Positions 13,651 to 24,257 of a DNA stretch of 64,000 nucleotides are shown piece by piece; the first letter of the stretch is position 1; each line of letters begins with the position of its first letter. A model generated the notes under the pieces. The model was not told the DNA's origin and ran no database searches. It was given only the letters and a program-made list of their open reading frames with translations. The position numbers and the translations under genes are program-made. This stretch comes from Centroscyllium fabricii (Eukaryota), in the NCBI GenBank assembly GCA_051313645.2, contig JBNRSN020000002.1, forward strand, positions 222,704,001-222,768,000, read 5' to 3'.

Positions 13651-14196
13651 TAACTTGCATCTGCACCGACATCCCTTCTCTCGGGCACTTTGGACTTGCC
13701 TTTCATTACCTTCCTGGTATTTGTTTTTGATTTCCAGCTAGCATGACCTTCCTGTGTCACATCCATTACTGACTCCTTAGAAATATTGCAAACATTTACA
13801 GGACAAATAAATTAAAGGGTAAGACAGTTGAAATGCAGTGGCAGACATTTAAGGAGATATTTCATAACTCTCAACAAAAAAATATTCCAGTGAGAAAGAA
13901 AGATATTAGAAGAAGGGAGCACCATCCATGGATAACTAAGAAAGTAAAGGATGGTATCAAATTGAAAACAAAGGCATATAATGTTGCCAAGATTGGTGGG
14001 AGACCAGAGGATTGGGACATTTTTAAAAACCAGCAAAGGATGACTAACAAAATAATAAAGAGAGAAGATGATTTATGAGAGTAAACTGGCAAGAAATATT
14101 AAAACAGATAGTAAGAGCTTCTACAGGTATATAAAAAGGAAGAGAGTAGCTAAAGTAAATGTTGGTCCCTCAGAGGATGAGACTGGGGAATTAATA

Positions 14197-14588
14197 CAGG
14201 TTGAGCACCGGTAATCCGGCACGGGCGCGACCAGGCCCGTGCCGGGAAAGTGAAAATAATGGCAGAATGAAGTCGGTCAGTGCGCATGCGCGCACCATTC
14301 AAAATGGCCACGCGCATGCGCACAACATTGGAAATGGCCGCCGAACGTCCTTGCTGAGTCTCAGCTGCGGTTTGTGCCTCCTGATGACGGCCTGCAGGCT
14401 GCTCCGGGGAACCGCGCGCTTCACCATGGCGGGCGCTCAGGACTCGCATATTCAAAACGCGGCACGAGCCGCCGCGCCCTGACGCCATGGAAGGCCCGGC
14501 TCATCCGGTGGCCATTTTGAATGATATGCGCATGCGCTCGCCATCCGGTGGCGCATGTGCAGATCATTCAAAACATCCGGCAGCCAGG
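14197..14588. mobile_element. pogo/Tigger-like MITE, right end lost
   Basis: TA + caggttgagcaccg, the same TIR as 16704 and 20202. Confidence 0.75.
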
Positions 14589-15005
14589 AAATAGTACTTG
14601 GTAAAATAATGGGACTAAAAGCCGACAAGTTCCCTGGACCAGATGGCCTGCATCCCAGGGTCTAAAAAGAAGTGGCTGCAGAGATAGTGGATGCATTGGT
14701 TGCAATATACCAAAATTCCCTGGACTCTGGAGAGGTCGCAGCGGATTGGAAAACCGCAAATGTAATTCGCCTACTTAAGAAAGGAGGGAGACAGAAAGCA
14801 GGAAACTATAGACCAGTTAGCCCAACATCTGTCGTTGGGAAAATGCTGGAGTCCTTCATTAAGGAAGCAGTAGCAGGGCATTTGGCATATCATAATGCAG
14901 TCAAGCAGAGTCAGCATGACTTTATGAAAGGGAAATCATGTTTAACAAATTTGCTGGAGTTCTTTGAGGATGTAATGAGCAGGGTGGATAAAGGTGAGCC
15001 AGTGA

Positions 15006-15257
15006 ATAGAAACATAGAAACATAGAAACTAGAAGCAGGAGTAGGCCATTCGGCCCTTCGAGCCTGCTCCGCCATTCAATGAGATCATGGCTGATCATCC
15101 AAACGCAGCACCCCGCCCCTGCCTTCTCCCCATATCCCCATCGAGCCTGCACCGACACATACCCTATCCTATCCCCGTAACCCCACATATTCAATCACCC
15201 TAACACTAAGGGTCAATTGATCCTGGCCAATCAACCTAACCCGCACATCTTTGGACT
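15006..15257 (-). mobile_element. 5'-truncated HE1-type V-SINE
   Basis: Reverse complement of the 3' half of the SINEs at 37708 and 56477, including the (TTTCTATG)n tail. Confidence 0.9.
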
Positions 15258-16703
15258 TGGTGTATTTGGATTTCCAGAAGGCATTCGATAAGGTGCCACA
15301 TAAAAGTTTACTGCATACAATAAGCACTCGCGGAGCTGGGGGTAATATATTAGCATGGATAGAGAATTGGCTAACTAACAGAAAGCAGAGAGTCAGGATA
15401 AATGGATCATTTTCCGGTTGGCAAACGGTAACTAGTGGGGTGCCACAGGGATCGTAGCTGGGGACTCAACTATTTACAATCTACATTAATGACTTGGATG
15501 AAGGGACCGAGTGTAATGTAGCCAAGTTTGCGGATGATACAAAGATGGGTGGGAAAGCAAGTTGTGCAGAGGACTCAAAGAATCTGCAAAGGGATGTGGA
15601 CAGGTTAAGTGAGTGGGCAAACATTTGGCAGATGGAGTATAATGTGGGAAAGTGCGAGGTGATCCACTTTGGCAGGAAAAATAAAAAAACAAATTATTAT
15701 TTAAATGGAGAGAGATTACAAAATGCTACAATTCAGTGGGACCTGGAGGTCCTTGTGCATGAAACACGAAAAGTTAGCATGCAGATACAACAAGTAATCA
15801 AAAAGGCGAATGCAATATTGGCCTTTATTTCAAGGGGGTTGGAGTATAAAAGCAGGGAAGTCCTGCTACAAATGTACAGGATATTGGTGAGACCACACCT
15901 TGAGTACTGCGTACAACTTTAGTCTCATTTAAGGAAGGATATATAATTCACTAGGTTAATTCCAGAGATGAGGGGGTTGACTTATGAGGAAAGGTTGAGC
16001 AGGTTGGGCCTATACTCATTGGAATTTAGAAGAATGAGAGGTGATCTTATTGAAACATATAAGATACTGAGGGGGCTCGATAAGGTAGATGCAGAGAGGA
16101 TGTTTCCCTACGTGGGGAAATCTAGAACTCGGGGGCACAGTCTCAGAATAAAGGGTCGCCCTTTTAGAACTGAGATAAGGAGGAATCTCTTCTCTCAGAG
16201 GGTCGTAAATCTGTGGAATCTCTGCCCCAGAGAGCTGTGGAGGCTGGGTCATTAAATATATTTAAGGTGGAGATAGACACATTTTTGCAAGATAAGGGAG
16301 TGAAGGGTTATGGCGAGCGGGCGGTGAAGTGGCTTTGAGCCCAAGATCAGCCATAATCTTATTGAATTGCGGAGCAGGCTCGAGGGGCCAAGTGGCCTAT
16401 TCCTGCTCCTATTTCTTATGTTCTTTGAACATATCAGCCCTTCCAATTCCACATATAGTGGGGAGGCAACTGGGCACCATAGAAAATAGAGCAGGTGCTT
16501 CACACAAACTCCACTCCACATACTAGCTCAGATTTTTCAGTTGGTATTAACTTACTGCTGATCAGAAAATCTCAGATATTGATTATAACCATTTTCATTA
16601 AAAAAATCTTTTATCATACATAATTCTTCTATATTGCACTCAAACATATACCAATCAATCAGAACACTTTACAGATCACTAAATATTTTGCACAGTACAG
16701 GTA

Positions 16704-17233
16704 CAGGTTGTGCACCGAAAATCCGTGTCCCGAATAGCCGGCAGCTTCAGTCTGCCGGCACAAATTGCCCCGACTGCACTGCGCATGCGCAAGATGGCCG
16801 CCGCCATCATGGCTTCAGCGAATGATCTGCGCATGCGCCCAGCGCATGCGCAGATCATTCAAAACAGCGACCGGGTGTTTTGAATGATCTGCGCATGCGT
16901 CGCCGGACGGTTAGCGCATGTGCAGATAATTCAATACGGCCGCCGGTTATTTTCGACAGCTGAGCCCCGTGACTGAGGCGGACAGTCACTAGGCAACAGC
17001 TGTCAGCCTGAGTCTGGCTCGGCGGCAGCAGCAACCCGAAAGGCGATGGAGAGGGACGGCGGACCCGGGCCCGATCTGCGCATGCGCGCGCCAGCCAATC
17101 CCAATGTTGCGCGCATGCACGCGGCCATTTTGAATGGTGCGCATGCGCAGTGTCCAACCTCGATCTCCCGGTTTTTTCCATTTCCCGGCACGGGCCTGGT
17201 CCCGCCCGTGGCGGATTAATGGTGCACAACCTG
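16704..17233. mobile_element. pogo/Tigger-like MITE
   Basis: TIR caggttgtgcacc / ggtgcacaacctg; TA TSD on both sides. Confidence 0.9.
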
Positions 17234-17385
17234 TATTACACTAATACTACCTCACATCACAACTGTTAAAACTTCAAAGTATATTTCTACTTGTGATAGC
17301 AATATTTTAATATTCAGCATATTAAAATATTTTCTCTTTATCAGCGAGAACATGAAAGACCTACAAAATGATATAAGACACTGTA

Positions 17386-17553
17386 GGGGTCATTTTCGTG
17401 GATCTAGTGGAGAAGACCACATAACCACCTGTTGAAGAATTTGCCCACTTTTCGTCCCATTGATTTCAATCGGATGATAATCGGGTGGATTCTACACCAG
17501 ATGGACAATCCGCTCTGCCAGGTTTCCACCCAGCTGGTGAAGATGAAAATGAC
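17386..17553. mobile_element. Short Harbinger-like MITE
   Basis: gtcattttc ... gaaaatgac inverted termini. Confidence 0.45.
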
Positions 17554-20201
17554 TGTGTGTTGCACGGTATAACACACCTGTCATAAACTTGCTTATCCTC
17601 CTACTCATTAAGCAGCACCACACAAAATCTCTAGATTTATTAATAATAATTATATAATGTTTCTGAGCTACCTCCTTATACCGCTATCATTACAAAACAG
17701 CACATCCTCTGATTCACCACGAACATTGCCACTAAAGATCCGCTAGTATATGATTAATAAAAAGATAAAATAGACCCTTAGAGTGATTTCAAGCCTGTAG
17801 TAGCATCTCAGGCTTGAGACAATCATGGTTAAAAAGTGGTCAATCTTCATCTCATGTTTTATAATGTCACCCAAACCCCTTATTATAAAAACACTCTCGG
17901 TGATCTGTATATAATCATAGCAGCTCTTTGCTAAGAGCAAAAGTTCACTAACTAGCACCGAATAAAACCTACTTTAACTTATGGAGGTAGTTGTTAGGTA
18001 TGAAAAATGTCCAAAGTCTGGGAAATGACCATGCAGATTATCCATTGTACTTCCCAGAGTGGGTTTTCTGAAACAAACCTACTCATTAACTTACTGTTCT
18101 CATTAGGGTGTGGCCCCAACACAAACCATATGTTTGTTTGTTCTTGATAAATCCTATTACTTGTATGTACCAGGATGTGCAGTTAAAGTCACTCAGTAAA
18201 AGTGCGTGAATGTTACTAGCACAACATTAGAATCCACTGTCTCCTTATAATGCTCCTCTTTATGACTCCAACACCAGCAGGAACTTGTTTAAATACTGAA
18301 CAGTAAAATAGGACAAATTCAAAACACAGTTACACAGCATATTTTACATTCAAACACATTCCTTGTACAGTCATGCACTGCTTCTTACAAAAATGGATGT
18401 TTGTCTAAAGTCCACAACACAACATAAAAAGCACAATTAGTTTGTGACAAATACCCCGATTCTCAGTTGTTATCCTAACTCTTATGTTGAACTAACCTTG
18501 CCCATTAAACAGCTTAAGGTGCTACTCACAGGTACTGGAAGCGAAAGGTGTGTACTCGCTCAGAACAGGTCAGTGAAGCAGATCCATTACAAGGGAAGAA
18601 TGTTCCAAATACAGAGTCAAATGGAGCTGATCATTTGCTCAGTATTTCAGAAGGCAACGACAGCACCATTCATCAGGCAGCTTGTAGTAGTAGGTGTGTC
18701 ACCTTGTTCTAATAATCTATTTGTTTAATTGTAATGAAACAAAGGAGCATTTCATCCACCAGAAAAGGTGCTGTATCACGCATTAATTATTAAACCAGCT
18801 GAAATTTCTCACTTGATGACCCAAGTTAAAGGAAGAGAATAGTTTCTTAGTGTTGTTTAGTCAAGGAAACGCTGCTCTGATTATAATCTCCCATGGTTCG
18901 GTTTCGTACGCACCATCTGCATTTGAATTTAAAATATATGTTTGAGGCTGTTTAGCTCTGGATTTGCATGACCTTTCGTAGTGCTACATTTGGCTGAAGT
19001 CATTGGTTATTAAAGCACCATGTGACTGGAAATCAAAATAAATGCCTGTATTTGCATACCCACCAACCAGCAAGCCCTTTAACCCCTTACTAGTCTCTTT
19101 CGCTGGGGAACTTTTTGACAAAAACAAAAAAATAGTTTAGCAAATGATTTGTTATTATGTTTAGTTCTGAGTCAGTGTTATAATTCAGGCTTCCTCCCAA
19201 CACTTAACTTGAGTTTACAACAAAAAGAAAGTTTCCATAAACAGACCTGCATTATCTAGTAACTGAAATTTGCAACCTTCTGTGTGACGTGAATGGGGAT
19301 AATGTGCCACAAGACTAACATTTCACTTTTATCAGGGCAATTTGCCTTTGTAGACAACATAGACTGTCCTCTATGTTCTCCTGTTTACTTCATAAGGTGG
19401 CACATAACATAATGTCAGACCATATAATTCAGACTAAAATTAATATTGGAATTTATTTACAAATAAGATAACTACATGGAAACAGCAGGCACATAGCAAA
19501 TGATGAACACAATGTTTAATTTACACAAATCTCTTAACAGGCCTAAATTCAATAAGGTCCGAAAACGGGCACGGGGATCGCGATGCATGATCTGCTGTGC
19601 TCATTGAAAGTAATACAGGCAGCACGTGAAATTCATGCTGCCTGTTACTTAACATGATTGAAGTGCTGAGCCCATTGCTGAATGCCCTGCTGGTTGGCTT
19701 AGCACTCAGCAGGAGGCCCAATATCATGGGAAGTCTGATTGGTATTTAAAGGTTGCCTGCAGAGTGAAACGCTGTCTGCACATCTTAAAGCGGAGGTGCT
19801 TTCAGAAAGAAGCATCTCATTCTTAGTGGAGCTAAGGAAAGGGGAAGTTACCAATGTTGCAACAAGGCAGAGAAAGGGCACCATGGTTCTCAGACTCAGC
19901 ACTGGAGGCCTTAGTGCAGGGGGTTGATAGGAGGAGACAGGTCCTCTACCTGCAGGGGTCCTGGAGGCCTTCCAGGCAGACTGTACGAAGGCAACAGGAG
20001 CAAATTGCTGAAGGGGACAGTGCCACCAGTCTTACCCCAGGACCTGGATCCAGTGCTGGAAGAAGTTTAATGACACCAAGGTCAGTGAATGCATCTTCAA
20101 ATGCCATATCCCACCAACTGCACCACTAGCCTCACACACTGCTCAATGCACTAGATCCCCATCACTCACCTACCAACAATCTTCATCGATCATGACTAAT
20201 A

Positions 20202-20922
20202 CAGGTTGAGCACCGTTAATCCGGCACGGGCGGGACCAGGCCAGTGCCATGAAAGTGAAAATCCCGAACGATTGAAGCTTCGGAGAGCGCATGCACAGAC
20301 CATTCAAAATGGCCGCCGCGAAAGGCCGGCGGCCAGTTAGAGTGGTCTGCGCATGAGCTTCTCATTCGGTGAGTCCCGACCCACGATCGGGGAGTCCCGG
20401 CCCAGCACCGTTCGGATGGTCCTGGCCCGCGTTCGGGGAATCCCGGCCCATCATCGTTCGGATGGTCCCAGCCCGCGTTCAGGGAATCCTGGCCCAGCCC
20501 GCATTTGGGAATCCTGGCCCAGCCCGCATTTGGGAATCCCGGCCCAGCCCGCGTTCGGGGAATCGCGGCCCAGCATCGTTCGGATAGTCCCGGCCCGCGT
20601 TCGGGAAATCCTGGCCCAGCCCGCATTTGGGAATCCTGGCCCAGCCCGTGTTCAGGGAATCCCGGCCCAGCCCGCGTTCGGGAATCCCGGCCCAGCCCGC
20701 ATTAGGGAAATCCCATCCCAGCCCATGTTCGGGAATCCCGGCCCAGCCTGCGTTCGGGCAATCCCGGCCCAGCCCGCGTTCGGGTAGTCCTGGGCCAGCC
20801 CGCTATCGGCTCAGAGAGACCATTGTAAATGATCTGCGCATGCGTGGCGCAGTCGGAGAAATTATTGCCGGTCGTTCGAAGCTGCCGGTTTTTCGGGTAA
20901 CGGATTAACGGTGCTCAACCTG
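20202..20922. mobile_element. pogo/Tigger-like MITE with internal minisatellite
   Basis: Perfect 22-bp TIR caggttgagcaccgttaatccg; TA TSD. Confidence 0.9.
20375..20805. repeat. GC-rich minisatellite, ~25-bp unit (gggaatcccggcccagcccgcgttc)
   Basis: More than 12 visible tandem units with variants. Confidence 0.9.
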
Positions 20923-21248
20923 TACCTCACAATCATAGCTTAATCTCATCCTCACACACTTACCACTGTTGCAAGCCTTACACTCATATCTCACAGCTTA
21001 CACACAATGCCAGCTATTCAACCATGATAGGCCAAACACATTGCCCCATACTCACTGACACACTTCCCTTTCTCTTGCAGGCCAAGATGGCACATAACCG
21101 GCACCAGCAGGAGCTAACAGGCAGGGGGCAAGTACTGCTGCAGAACCTGACCAAGCTGGAGGAGACTGTGCTGGAGATCATTGGAGGGGCCATCACTGAG
21201 GCCGTGGCAATCGGCGAGACTGAAAGCATTGATGATGACGGTATGCTC

Positions 21249-22467
21249 TGTAGGTTTCTCAAAATTCCCACACCTCTCGCAGTTATTAAATGATAAAACC
21301 GTACAAAAGCAAAGAACTTCCAGCATAAGGCTGCAAGTTTAAACAGACAACAGGCCAAGGTCAAAGGGCATGGAATGACCTACTTGAAAGCCAGGGAGCC
21401 GGTTTCACATACCAGACAGACAACAGGGAGCTAAAACACATTTCCAAGCAGACAGGATCTGGCGATGAATCGAGCTTGTAAACTTGATAACGATTAAAGG
21501 TGGTGCATAAATAAAAACCTCTTGTTAACTTGGTCATTAAGGCAGAAACTAGCAACTCGAACTTTTTGCGTAACTGAAACTTTCAACTTGAGAACAATTA
21601 AACGTCAATACTGGATAGTTGACACCTCCCAGAACAAAGCACCTCATGACAGGGCCATCGAGGGAGGGGGACCACCATCCCGAAACGCATTAAAAGTAAT
21701 GGCCGTAATCGTTTCTACAAGCCCACCAAAACTGGGACAATAGTTTACGCTTGATTTGGCGGGCAGATAACGAATGTACAACGGGTATAATTATCTGGAC
21801 CAAATGCAGGCAAAGACAGGAGATTTGGAAGATCAGAAGAAGGAAGGCCACGAGAAGTCGGCGAAGCATTTTGGGCAGGAGGTCGTGGAGTCAGAAAACG
21901 GAACCCGAAGTCCCTGAACGCAATTTGAAGGGCTGGGTAAAGACAGTACTTTTCGCTGAGCAGAATCGCAAAGGAGACTCGATCAGCACAGGTATCGCAC
22001 AGTTCCAAAGGGAGAGCGACCACGTGACAGCGGCAGACCGTCAGGGACAAGAAGCAACAAACTCCAAAACTCACAACTGCAGTGAAAGCAATTTGGCTTG
22101 GTAAGCATGGATCCTGAGTTCTCATAGTCAAAATCTAGCTAGATAATAGGGGTGGGACCAGGTAAAAGGGGAGTAAGTTTAATTGTGATTTTTCCCTCGA
22201 TGTGCCGTATATTTCCCCATTCCCAGTTATTATATTTGTTTTATAAACTTAGTAATTTAATTCAATATGATTTTCTCTCTGTTATAAAGTTTGATTGTAG
22301 TGTTTTTTAATAAAAGTTTTCTTGCACCGAACCTGTTGTCCATTCCGTTTTGTGTATCGCAAACCTGCGCCTAAATCCAGTGTCTGGAACCTCAGCGGCG
22401 TGGGAGCGATTCGAACCGCTCAAGGAAGTCAGAGGCAAAGCTGACCCCCACAAGGCCACCCCCTACA
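21249..22467 (+). mobile_element. Solo LTR (1.2 kb) related to the LTR of the env-bearing element
   Basis: TGTAGG...CCCCCTACA ends; TSD gctc/gccc; AATAAA at ~22309; termini and U5 resemble 43236-44654. Confidence 0.85.
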
Positions 22468-23916
22468 GCCCATACCTAATCCTTCTTCTCACATCGCACT
22501 TCCCCCTTATCCCACAATCTCTTCTCACTTTCAAGCTGCTGATGGTATAAGCATGCACACCTTGCTTTCCCCCTCCCCTCATCACAACCCTACCCTTGTC
22601 CCTTTCTCCTTTCAGATACGAAAGAATTCCAACCAGCCCAGCCTGTGCATGAAGAAGTAGAGGGCGAGAGTGATAGAAAAGAGACACCGTCACTTGATCT
22701 GACACTCCCAGCTCAGAAAATGACACTGTATGAACTTGAGTGTAGTATAGAGGCGGGATCTGCATATGGTGAGTCACTGGGCATGAGTGGAATGCAGCCA
22801 GGCCAGGGCAAAAGGGTAGCGCAGGTGCCAACTGCCCAGAGGGCGAGGTTGCACATGAGTTCTGCTGCAGAGAACTTAGATGAGAGCTTCAAAGGGGCGG
22901 CCGTCAGAAGAAGGGTGATGGGCATTCATAGAAATGCTTAGTGCAATGACAGGCCTGCCAGAGAGCCTCTTGTCACTGTCAAGGAGCATGGAGTAGTCCA
23001 GGTCCAACCTTACAATGGGCTTGCGGGGAGCTTGGAGCTGATGATTTCCAGGATGGAAGCGATGGGCAGCTCCATCAGAGCACCTGTGGACCCAACCATG
23101 GTGCTGGGTGTGATGGGCTATGTCGTAGCTTCCATTGCAACTCAAGCAGAAGTGACCCAACATCTGAGTGCTGCCACGCAAGCTAAGACTGCTGCCATCA
23201 TGGCTGGGTTTATGCGTGTGGAAAGGGACTTGCAGGGTGCCACAGCAGTCCAGCAATCTGTGCTAGGAATGCTGAGGCGCCGCCCCGGACGAGTGGCAGT
23301 GGTTCTGTGGCGCTCGAACTTGGTGCCCTCTCGCAGGATGAGAGCCTTCGTACTTCCACCACTGCCACTCTGCCATTGCAGTTGCCTGTCAGCCAGCCCA
23401 GACTGCTGCTGCCCATGCCGAATTGGTGCAAATTACAACCGGGCTTTCTAGGCCCATAGCTGCTCGAGGTCGTCCTGCAAGTCCATCTGCAGTCTCCCCC
23501 ACTGAAGGCCAGCGGCGATTCAGCAGCCATGCTGCAGCCGCTGTGGGAGCACGTTGTCGGCGCACTAGAACAGGCAAACGCATATGAAAGACAGACACTA
23601 AGGGAATGCACAAGGGTGATTAATTGACTCTGTTATGTAATATTGGAATTTATCATTTATAAATTATGTTTGGAATGTTTGTTTCGTGGTGGCTTTCATT
23701 TCAGTATTGTGGCCAAGGGGACGCTGTGATGTTCTGTGACAGATGGATGGCAAGGTGGGGAAGTGTTGAACTACGGGGATCTGGGGTTTCATTCAAGGGA
23801 ACTGGAGTCTGATGATGCACTTTGGACAGCCCATCCAGAACGGGGATTTGCAGGCTGCCTCCTCCCTTACTCCTCCTCCTTCGCTTCTTTCTCCTCCTCC
23901 TCCTCCTGAGGCAGTC

Positions 23917-24041
23917 ATAGACATAGATAGAAGATAGGATAGGAGCAGGAGTAGGCCATTTGGCCCCTCGAGCCTGCTCTGCTATTCAATGAGATCATGG
24001 CTGGTCATCCAAACTCAGTACCCTGTCCCTGCCTTCTCCCC
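23917..24041 (-). mobile_element. Short CR1/HE1 3' tail insertion
   Basis: Reverse complement of the HER1-type tail (aggagcaggagtaggccatt...). Confidence 0.8.
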
Positions 24042-24044
24042 TGG

Positions 24045-24249
24045 AGTCATGGAGCCTGTGGTGGCAAGGGCTGCACCCTCATGATGGCCAAGTTGTGAAG
24101 CATGCAGCAGGCCACCACAAAATGAGACACCCACTCCACCGAGTACTGGAGGGCTCCTCCTGAGTGGTCAAGGCAGCGGAACCGCTACTTCAGCACCCCG
24201 ATGGTCTGCTCGATGATGTTCCTCATGGCAGCATGGCTGTCATTATATG
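24045..24249 (-). pseudogene. Harbinger (HARBI1-like) DDE transposase C-terminal fragment
   Basis: YNDSHAAMRNIIEQTIGVLK*RFRCLDHSGGALQYS..FVVACCMLHNLAI. Confidence 0.9.
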
Positions 24250-24257
24250 TGACGTAT

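Larger units (their letters stand above)
13812..16425 (+). mobile_element. Degenerate CR1 LINE interrupted by a MITE and a SINE
   Basis: ORF pieces 13833-14078, 14672-15025, 15251-15457, 15494-15922, 15968-16255 colinear with CR1 ORF2; 3' tail ~16345-16425. Confidence 0.9.
19864..23620 (+). pseudogene. Harbinger Myb/SANT-like DNA-binding gene, three exons (~19864-20080, 21081-21240, 22616-~23620)
   Basis: RERAPWFSDSALEALVQGV...TWIQCWKKFND; acceptor ttctcttgcag ending 21080, donor gtatgc at 21241, acceptor ctcctttcag ending 22615. Confidence 0.7.
19541..24249. mobile_element. Degenerate autonomous-type PIF/Harbinger transposon (convergent Myb/SANT gene and DDE transposase); other end possibly at ~32345-32600
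   Basis: Myb-like exons on +, HARBI1-like C-terminus on -, GGC-starting terminus at 19541. Confidence 0.8.

Noticed and set aside
17743-17958. 71-aa hydrophobic ORF in unique sequence
   Set aside because: Short, non-ATG start, no recognisable motif or clear splice sites
20375-20805. Repeat array superficially like a CRISPR array
   Set aside because: Head-to-tail units without unique spacers, inside a TA-flanked MITE, eukaryotic context, no cas genes
21751-22104. Basic 117-aa ORF inside the solo LTR as a possible accessory gene
   Set aside because: No counterpart apparent in the related LTR at 43236-44654; non-ATG start
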